Both the position numbers and the translations under genes were made by a program. Shown piece after piece: positions 56,219 to 64,000 of a stretch of 64,000 nucleotides of DNA (position 1 is its first letter; each line of letters opens with the position of its first letter). The notes under the pieces were generated by a model. It did not search any database. It was given only the letters and a program-made list of their open reading frames with translations, and was not told where the DNA came from. Origin of the DNA: Naegleria gruberi (Eukaryota); NCBI GenBank assembly GCA_000004985.1, contig GG738845.1; one strand, written 5' to 3'.

Positions 56219-59200
56219 ATTTGATAATAATAATAAATTAATAATTCTATTAAATTCATCTTTAAAATGATCAAATATTTTCAATATAATATCAATTAAT
56301 AATTGAAAACAAGGTGTAATATATTCATTATTTAATTCATTATCATCAGATTCATCCTCAATTGATTGTTTAATTGAATCTTTTGATATAATTTTAATAT
56401 ATTTATATAAATATGGTAATATATTAAATAACATTTCATAAAAATCATTGGTATTAATTCTATTTAAATTATAATGATTTTCCTTTTCTTTACTTGTAAA
56501 GAATGTTGTTTTACTTCTAGCAATAACTGATTTTAATTTACTTTGTAAATCTTCAATAATATAAAATAATTGTACAGGTTGTAATGAAGAATTATTATTA
56601 TCAGTATTATTATCATCGTTATTATCATCGTTATTACTTGTTGTTGCATTATTATTATATTTAATAATATTAATAACAGATAAATCTAATTCTCTGTAAT
56701 GAATTTTTAAATTTGATAAATATTTTCTCTTAGATGGTAAACTAATATATTCACTTGATGATTTTGAACTAGTAGTAGTAGTTTCATTTTCTTGTTCATC
56801 TTCATCTTGTTCTTCATCATTATCATCTTGATCATCTTCATCTGATTTCTTCTTCTTTTTCTTTTTACTATCTGTATTAGTTGTTGTTGCCATTGTTGTT
56901 GTTGTTGTAGTGGTAGTATTTGCAATTATAGTAGTATTAGTACCTATAGTAGGTAAATGAAATGTTAAATTCATTGATAAACATTTATCAAGTGTTTTTT
57001 CTAATAAATTTATATTTTCAATTCTTTCCAATATATATTTAATATTATTATTATTATTCATAACATTATTTTGTTCATTATTTTCATTTTCATATTTTCA
57101 TCATTTTCATCTTGTGCTCCAACATTAAAAGTAAAACCATTTAAAATTTCTCTAAACCAATTAATAGTAAAAAATAAACCTGTACAAATTAAATCCTTTT
57201 CCTTTCTATTGTAATGTTTAAAATTTAATAAAATATCATCCAAATCAAATAATACAACTCCTGATTGTAATAAAAAATTAGAATAATCACTTTTTAATTT
57301 ATCCATTACAATTTTCATTAATCTAAATTGTGAAAATAAATTCCAAATACTTTCATCTTCCTTCTCTAATAGAGGTAATATATTTACCAGTTGTTGTGAA
57401 TTTTCAATTGAAAATTGAATTTTATAATCAAAATAATTTGATTTTAGTTTTTTTAAATCAGATTTTTCAATAATAAATCTTTGAAAAAAATCATGAATTA
57501 ATCTTGTTTGAATTTCTTGTAATAATCTTTCATCTAAATTTCTTTCTTTTATAATAAAACATAATTCATCATATAATAATGTTTTAAATATTGGAATTTT
57601 ATAACAACATTTTAATGAAAAATCTAATAATTCAATACATTGTTCATATTCTTCATTATTTAAATTTTGTTGATTATAATTATTTAATAAATTATTTGTC
57701 TTGTTATTATTACTATTATTACTAATATTACTTGTATTTAAATTATTTAAATTATTAAATTGATTAAAATTACTACCAATAATAGATAAAATAGTACATG
57801 AACCAATAATACCCATTTTTTTAAAATTAAAATTAGTATTACTTAATTGTTTTCTAATAATGATCATTAATTCATCTCTTGTTCTTGTATTATTATTATT
57901 TGAATGATTCAATGTTTTTGTAAATGATAGAATTGAAAATAATTTATAAACTTTTCTCAATTGTTGATCTGTTAAATTTGTTAAAGAATCAATTAAAACT
58001 TGAAAAAAACTTGAATAATTTCTTAAAATTGATAATTTTGTATATGAAATTGATAATAAAACATCGAGTGATGAATCTTTTTCAATTTTAGAATTACTTC
58101 CAACATGTGTTATTAGTGATTGAATTATTTTTTGTCTATTATAATCATTTTTAACATTTTCAATTATTTTACGATGTCTAATACCAGTTGATATGGCACT
58201 CACTAGAAGTGATTCACATTGTAGTGATGATGATGATGAGGATGATGAATTATTACTATCTATAAATTGTTTACCTTTCCTTTTTTGTTGTTGTGTTGAA
58301 TAGAATTCTTCATCTTGTTCATCAATCATTGTTGTTGTTTTACCTTTACCTTTAAAAGTACTATTATTACCACTTAATATTAATGAAGTATTGTTATCAT
58401 TCTCATTATCATCATCATTGTCATGTAAATCATTTTCATCATTTTCATTATTTCCACCAAGTGATGAAATATCCAAATCCTTTCTAATACCCTGTACAAC
58501 AGATTTAATATTATCATCATTTGTTGATTGTAATAAAAATCTGATAATGACAGGTAAATCAGATAGAGAAGCAGAATTTAAATTTCTTAAAACTCTATCA
58601 ATAGTTTCATTTAAAATTTCCTTTTTTAAATTTAAATTTGATAAGGCATCAATGACACATGTTGTCATTTCAGATTTATCTTGCATTACTTGATCTAATT
58701 TTTCAACAATATTATCATGTTCTGAATCATCAATAATTTCAGGTATTGCTGATATTAATTCTTTTGTAAATTCAATAGATGATATTTGTAATAGTGTATT
58801 TAAATGTTCTGTTAACTTTTTAGAATCTACAATCAAATCTAACCAACGCATTTGTGATATTATTAATTTTGGTATATTTTTATCCCATTGTTCATATAAT
58901 TCCTCTTCATAATCTTGACATTTATTTAATAATTCTTCAAATAATATTTCAATTATATTCATTTGTATTGTTGATATATTTAATAGTAATTTAAAAAATG
59001 ATTCATTAGATGAAAAATATGTTCCACTTCCTTCATTTGTACTATATTTTTAAATAATTAATTAATTATTATTATTATTAATAATGTTAATTTAAATTTA
59101 AATAGTAGTATTAAATGACAATTGACAAGATGATCAAATTATTATTATTATTTTTACAATAAAACAATAACATGATAATAACAAACCTTTCTAATGGAAC

Positions 59201-59557
59201 AAGACAAAGACAGAAAAAGTATTCATCTTCGATCATTGATTTTAAAGCAAAACAAAAGTTTTCAATATCTGTTTTTGTTCTTCTTGCAACTTCCTTTTCA
59301 ATATGTCTTCTTAATAACATGGCATCTTTAACTTGAAATGAAGAAATTGAACTAAAACTTGATTTCTTTTTTGATCCGATAGTAATTTTACCAAATTGTA
59401 TTTCATTAAATGGTGGAAGATTTAATCCACCATCACATAACAATCCATAAAACTTTTTAATATGTTGAGAAATTGATGCATTATTACCACTTCCTGATGC
59501 AGAAGAAGATGAACCACTACTACCACTGCTTGTGGATGAGGCTTTTTGTGGAGGCAT
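54575..59557 (-). CDS. fancd2: FANCD2 orthologue: exon 1 59187..59557, a 145-nt intron, exon 2 from 59041 downward. The frame shifts in an (AAT)n tract at about 57058-57075 and the ORF then continues to 54575
   Basis: NIPKLIISQMRWLDLIVDSKKLTEHL...DLPVIIRFLLQS aligns with human FANCD2 [26 protein letters not shown]...DLPVIIKFILHS. Other matched blocks are MIIIRKQLSNTNFNFKKMGIIGS with [34 protein letters not shown] with NWFREIVNAF, and exon 1 ENFCFALKSMIEDEYFFCLCLVP with [23 protein letters not shown]. The intron has GTTTGT donor and ATATAG acceptor in phase 2. The conserved IKYILERIENINLLEKTL (human LKHIVELQIILEKYL) lies in a different frame from the upstream MKMKIMNKI. Confidence 0.8.
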
Positions 59558-59818
59558 TTTTTTAGGCTTTGGATTTCCAGTTTTCACTGGAGCAGAAAAA
59601 AAAGGCTTGATGATTGGATGGAGGTATTTTCTTGAGTTTACTCGAAAACGACATTTATAGAAGAATAGAAGGAAAAGGTAAAATCCAATAAACAAGTTTG
59701 TCACATAGTTATAAAATTATCAAAGTTGTTAGGTCTACTTCATCACCAATTCTCTCCTTTCTGCAATATTGAAAAACTATTTTGAAAATAAATTTATAAA
59801 AATAAATTCTTCAAAAAA

Positions 59819-61009
59819 ATGTCTGACGATCCAAATCAACCACCAAAGAAGGCTGTTGTGTATGACGCCTCTCGTCTACTCTCACATAAACCACCATCCT
59901 CCACATCCTCCTCATCATCAACAACACCAAATACATCATCAACATCATCAACAACAACAATATCGGGAAATATTGGATCATCTTCTACAACAACAACAAC
60001 AACAGGAGGTGGAAGGCTTCCATCAATTTTGGCCCCTAGGAATATTGAAAAACCAACACAACATTTTAAATCGAGTAGTGGTATGACATTTACACCAAAT
60101 TTGAAACCAAAGCAAATTAAAACAGAAGATTCAACCAAAACAGATGGTATTGATTTGGATGTTTTTATGGGACAAGCATCTAATCAAACAGGTAAACGAA
60201 AACCACCTTATAATAATACAAAGCCTAATACTAAAGCCATCATGAATAAGAATACATTTAATTTAGTAACTGGTATTGTACCAATGCCATCATCATCTTT
60301 TATGGAATTAGGAGGATTAGATTCTACACAATCATCATCATCCAGTGGTGCTAATTTGAAAGCTAGTGGTTTTGGTGGTGATGAAGATGATGACGACGAT
60401 GATGAAATGATGAAAGATTTATTGAAGGAAAGAAAGAATTTATTTTCAGGTGTTAAACAAGCACCAATTGTTTTACCTTTTAATGAAGAAGCATATTTAA
60501 GAGCAGAAGCACAAAGACAAGCAACAACTGATAGACAAGCAACAGAAGATTCAATTGATGAAGTACAACAAAATTTATTCAAGAATAATATTGATTCTCT
60601 CATGTCGGAAGATAAATTATTCTTTATTCAATTACCTTCAAAGATTCCATATATGGATGCAGCTGAAAGAAAGAGACAACAAGCTCAAGAAAAGAAAGTT
60701 GTTTCAACAAGTGTAGATGATGCAGAAAATATTTGGACTCAACCTTTCGAAAATACATTGGATAAAGTTCCAAATGGTCTCATTGGAGAAATGGTTGTTT
60801 ATAAGAGTGGTAAAGTTAAATTGAAATTAGGAGATGTTTTATTAGATGTTTTTCCAGGTAGTGAATTTAGTTTTCCTGAACATGTTGCCTGTGTTGATGC
60901 CACTGATAAAGAGAAGGGACAATGTCACATTTTAGGTAATATTGCAAAGAGATTTTCATGTGTGCCCGATGTAGATTATTTATTAAGAAAGGAAGGATCT
61001 AACAATTAA
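59819..61009 (+). CDS. rpc4: DNA-directed RNA polymerase III subunit RPC4 (POLR3D/Rpc53), single exon, 396 aa
   Basis: The C-terminal signature FFIQLPSKIPYM...GLIGEMVVYKSGKVKLKLGDVLLDVFPGSEFSFPEHVACVD...GQCHILGNIAKRFSCVPDVDYLL matches RPC4 (GKLLIRKSGRVQLLLGKVTLDVTMG...VLGHVKHKLVCSPDFESLL). It is divergently arranged with FANCD2, with about 260 bp between the two ATGs. Confidence 0.8.
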   Translation: MSDDPNQPPKKAVVYDASRLLSHKPPSSTSSSSSTTPNTSSTSSTTTISGNIGSSSTTTTTTGGGRLPSILAPRNIEKPTQHFKSSSGMTFTPNLKPKQIKTEDSTKTDGIDLDVFMGQASNQTGKRKPPYNNTKPNTKAIMNKNTFNLVTGIVPMPSSSFMELGGLDSTQSSSSSGANLKASGFGGDEDDDDDDEMMKDLLKERKNLFSGVKQAPIVLPFNEEAYLRAEAQRQATTDRQATEDSIDEVQQNLFKNNIDSLMSEDKLFFIQLPSKIPYMDAAERKRQQAQEKKVVSTSVDDAENIWTQPFENTLDKVPNGLIGEMVVYKSGKVKLKLGDVLLDVFPGSEFSFPEHVACVDATDKEKGQCHILGNIAKRFSCVPDVDYLLRKEGSNN

Positions 61010-61138
61010 TAAATTTATTAATCTTTTTAAAAATTTCATATATATTTATGATTGTGTCATTTATCTAGTTATTCATAATATTCATGCCTGATTCAGATTA
61101 TATAAATTTACAAAAATTAAGTTTAATACATATATATA

Positions 61139-61868
61139 TTAAGGTAATAATTTCTTAATCATTTCTTTCTGATAATTGTCTAAAAATCTTGGAAAGACAA
61201 TATTTGGTTTAATAATTAAATCACCTCTTTGTTCTGGATTTTTTGAAAGTGGCATTCCTTCACCTGTAACACTAATTGAATAATTTGGATGTACAATATC
61301 ATTGAGTGGTATCCTCAATATTCTATCATCTAATGTTTTCACTTCAATCACACTTCCTGATAGTGCTTCCTTGAGTGAAATATTTGGAGTGTAGATTAAA
61401 TTATTTGAATCTCTTTGGAATATATGATGTGGTTGTTCTTCAATTTCAAAGACAACATCTGCTGGAATGACACCTTGAGCTTGATCTCCTTCATTTTCAA
61501 ATCTAATCTTGGTTCCCTTTTTAAATCCTCTCTTAATAGGAAATGTTAAAATCTTTGATTCTTTCCTTGTTGAAAAACCATCTGAATTTAATACTTGTTT
61601 TGTAATTTTAATTCTCTTTGTTTTTCCCTTGTATAAATCCTCTAATGAACAATGAACTATTTGAAGAATATCTGGTGCTTTTCTAGGTCCTCTCTGTTGT
61701 GTACTTTGAAAGAATGATCCATTGCTCAGCCATTTGTTTATTATCAGGATTTCTATCGGGATGCCATTTGAGAGCAAGTTTACGATAGGCTGATTTTAAT
61801 TCCTTTTCATTGGCACTTCTTGTTACTCCTAGGATTGAATAATAATCTTTTCCCATTTCTTTACTCAA
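61139..61868 (-). CDS. DnaJ subfamily B (Hsp40) gene that is apparently defective. The N-terminal 45 aa of the J domain (frame 1) are joined, with a frame change, directly to the complete DnaJB C-terminal substrate-binding domains. Helices III-IV and the G/F region are absent
   Basis: [45 protein letters not shown] is a textbook J-domain start. The second frame, [70 protein letters not shown]...[13 protein letters not shown], matches the DNAJB1 C-terminus. Only about 40 nt separate the two frames and no canonical intron is possible. Confidence 0.55.
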
Positions 61869-62036
61869 GTACGTAGATTAGAATTCTAATGTTATCGTTA
61901 ATATTGATATTGTTGATGATGATATTCCAATCTTAATTCGCCAATCTCCTAAAGTTTTCTCTCAAGGGCAGTTTTGTGAAATGATCGTATTGATTCACAC
62001 AGCTATTTTTTTAAAGTCTTTTGTTTTTTGGCGCAA

Positions 62037-62044
62037 TATAAAAT
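62037..62044 (+). promoter_or_regulatory. Isolated E2F-type octamer TTTGGCGC, about 170 bp upstream of the DnaJB-like gene start
   Basis: An exact TTTSSCGC match in the sequence ttgttttttggcgcaatat. Its functional assignment is weak. Confidence 0.25.
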
Positions 62045-62145
62045 TTACAGTTGTGGTTATTTAAGTAATTATTGAAGATAATTGTAATATTCTATTACTC
62101 AAGTTATGATAATGAATAATATATTTATTATTTATTATTAATTTA

Positions 62146-64000
62146 TTAATTACATTCAATTTTCATATCAATAATTTTAAATGATTTTTGACCTTCAAAT
62201 GGACAAAAAGTACAAATTAATTCTTTACATTTAACACCTTCATCTTTTGTAAATAAATTTAAATATTGTATTGATTCTGAATCTTCTAAAATACCTTCAC
62301 CTATTTTCATTCTATTAGATTTATTATTAAAATTATTAGAAGATTGATTATTTAATAATATAATAGATGTATTATTAGGTATAATTGGTATAAAACATGA
62401 ATAATATTGTGGTCCTCTTCTATTACCAGGTGTTTTAATTCTAATTCTTTTAATATTTACTTTTTTATCAAATGTAAATATAACATTACTACCTTCAGCT
62501 TTACATTGAACTTTAAAATCTGAAACACTTGAAGTTTTTAGAAATTTTTCAGTATGTGAATTATTAGTATTATGTGAATTATTGGAATTAGTATTATGTG
62601 AATTATGAGTAGTATTATTTGATTGAGTATTAGATTGTTGATTCATCATGATTGGTTGAATATTTTCAATTTCTTTATCTGTTATTGTTGGTACATTTCT
62701 TAGTGGTGATGAATTTGTTACTACTACTTGTTGTGATTTTATATTATTATTATTATTTGATTGAATAGGTAAATTATTATTTTGATTATTATTGTTTAAT
62801 GAAATAATTTCAATATTATTATTATTATTAACTTGTTGTTGTTGTCTATTAGGTGATATATGTTTTAAATAATGATTATTTTGATTATTATTTAAAATAT
62901 TATTTTTTTTAATTCTTTTTATAGCAGTATTTGTCATTTTAATTTGTGATAGAGGTGAATGTTCTTGATTAATTAAAGGTTTTGTTTTAATTTCATAACA
63001 ATTTGATGGAAATTGTAATTTTGGAAATGCAATTAATTTAATACATTTAATATTTTTAGGTAATAAAACACTTCTACTATAAGTAAATGTTGAATTATTA
63101 TTATTATCCAAAGTAGGAATACTTCCATCTATAGTATATCTATAAATAATATCTGATTGTAAATGTTCAATTTTAAATGTATTATCATTTGAATCATATT
63201 TTATAAATTGTTGAATATTTATAAATGAAGGAATTGTAAATGAACTTGTTTTACTTTTTAATTTTCCATTTTCAACTGAAAATATATTTAGTAATTGATA
63301 ATTTTCTTTAATTGGAATTTGATTATTTTTATAAATTATAAAATCATCATTATCAAAATTAATATAATATAATGTATCTTTTTTAAAATTTGAAATTATA
63401 AATAATTTACTAAATATATCAAAATAACCTTCAACAATTTCACTTTCATTTGGATAATTAAATGTTAAATAATTTATAAATTTACATCTTTCAATTCCAA
63501 TAAAATGAATTATATTTAAATTTAAATTAATATATTTTTCATATTTATAAATTTTATATTTTTTTATATTTTCTATAAATGGAATATTTAAATCAAATGA
63601 ATAAAAATAATCAATTCCTTCAATTTCATCATTAATAAATACATTTTTATCTAATTGATGAAATGATACATCTGGTTGTGGTATTGTTAATATATTTTTA
63701 AAATAATCATCCATTTGAATTTCCATTTTAGGTAATTTATTTAAATGATTTAAAACATCATTAAAATGATCATTAAATCTATTACTATTAATAGAATCAA
63801 TTTCAATATATTTAGTACATTGATAATATTGTGCTATTGATATAATTTCATCAAAATCAATTGAATTTGAATTTCTATTTTCACTATTATATCCAATTAA
63901 TAATATATTTGGTAAATATCTATTTTTAGATGTATATTTTGTAATTTCAGGTAAAATTTCATTTAAAATATAATTAAATGATTCTCTATTTGTAATATTA
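62146..64000 (-). CDS. Partial CDS. The frame is open from the window edge (64000) down to the stop at 62146, and the N-terminus lies outside the window. It may contain a chitobiase/hexosaminidase-C-like (CHB_HEX_C) Ig-like domain
   Basis: The minus-strand frame has no stop between 64000 and 63726 (NITNRESFNYILNEILPEITKYTSKNRYLPNILLIGYNSEN...KLPKMEIQMDD...), and the tool's M at 63726 is internal. The motif IIYRYTIDGSIPTLDNNNNSTFTYSRSVLLP resembles the RYT.DGS.PT motif of CHB_HEX_C domains. Confidence 0.45.
   Translation of the reverse strand, partial: NITNRESFNYILNEILPEITKYTSKNRYLPNILLIGYNSENRNSNSIDFDEIISIAQYYQCTKYIEIDSINSNRFNDHFNDVLNHLNKLPKMEIQMDDYFKNILTIPQPDVSFHQLDKNVFINDEIEGIDYFYSFDLNIPFIENIKKYKIYKYEKYINLNLNIIHFIGIERCKFINYLTFNYPNESEIVEGYFDIFSKLFIISNFKKDTLYYINFDNDDFIIYKNNQIPIKENYQLLNIFSVENGKLKSKTSSFTIPSFINIQQFIKYDSNDNTFKIEHLQSDIIYRYTIDGSIPTLDNNNNSTFTYSRSVLLPKNIKCIKLIAFPKLQFPSNCYEIKTKPLINQEHSPLSQIKMTNTAIKRIKKNNILNNNQNNHYLKHISPNRQQQQVNNNNNIEIISLNNNNQNNNLPIQSNNNNNIKSQQVVVTNSSPLRNVPTITDKEIENIQPIMMNQQSNTQSNNTTHNSHNTNSNNSHNTNNSHTEKFLKTSSVSDFKVQCKAEGSNVIFTFDKKVNIKRIRIKTPGNRRGPQYYSCFIPIIPNNTSIILLNNQSSNNFNNKSNRMKIGEGILEDSESIQYLNLFTKDEGVKCKELICTFCPFEGQKSFKIIDMKIECN

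Noticed and set aside
57058-57100. A short intron as the explanation for the FANCD2 frame change
   Set aside because: The only GT in the region (aatGTTATG) would delete the conserved IKYILER residues, which align to human LKHIVEL, so a 1-nt indel in the (AAT)n run fits far better.
54756-58693. Plus-strand ORFs 54756..55019, 54793..55143, 55791..56084, 58391..58693 and minus ORFs 54856..55263, 56707..56925 inside FANCD2
   Set aside because: They are produced by the poly-Lys/Glu/Asp and poly-Asn low-complexity stretches of the FANCD2 C-terminal region read in other frames. There is no independent support.
1-64000. Prokaryote-style features (operons, CRISPR arrays, IS elements, RBS-type starts) and GTG/TTG-initiated ORF starts from the six-frame track
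   Set aside because: The sequence is clearly eukaryotic, with spliceosomal introns and poly-N/Q tracts. Several tool-reported M starts are actually TTG or GTG (for example 5347, 10465, 16500, 38137, 6192, 20457) and were replaced by the first downstream ATG or by an upstream splice acceptor.

Overview
This is an AT-rich, intron-containing eukaryotic nuclear region, not a prokaryotic one. Introns are short (37-261 nt) with GTAAGT/GTATGT/GTTTGT donors and YAG acceptors, poly-N/Q/S/T low-complexity tracts are frequent, and the protein content best fits a dictyostelid social amoeba (Amoebozoa); that assignment is an inference from composition and gene content. The window holds about 35 protein-coding genes on both strands. 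I recognise orthologues of huntingtin (a 9.25 kb single exon), Rictor (TORC2), FANCD2, replication factor C subunits RFC5 and RFC3, a 4-exon RecQ helicase, RNA polymerase III subunit RPC4, COQ6, NAA20, a Ras-family GTPase, a type IIC P-type ATPase, an SLC35/TPT transporter, a ubiquitin-like protein, a DnaJB-type Hsp40, a DYRK-like kinase, an EF-hand protein and a SHAQKYF-class Myb protein. There are no rRNA genes, tRNA genes, CRISPR arrays or intact transposons. The points most worth a second look are these: (i) GCGC is nearly absent from the window, yet four of about six occurrences form perfect E2F-type TTTSSCGC sites immediately upstream of RFC5, RFC3 and RecQ. (ii) A convergent pair of paralogous DUF202-type three-helix membrane protein genes shares an intron position. 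(iii) A roughly 150 bp GC-rich nested palindrome sits inside a repeat-bearing gene desert, beside two about 170 bp direct repeats. (iv) Three recognisable genes carry apparent coding lesions: a frameshift in an (AAT)n run in FANCD2, an in-frame TAA in the DYRK-like kinase, and a DnaJB gene missing J-domain helices III-IV and the G/F region. (v) A roughly 125 bp fragment of RecQ exon 1 is duplicated 4.9 kb downstream of its parent.
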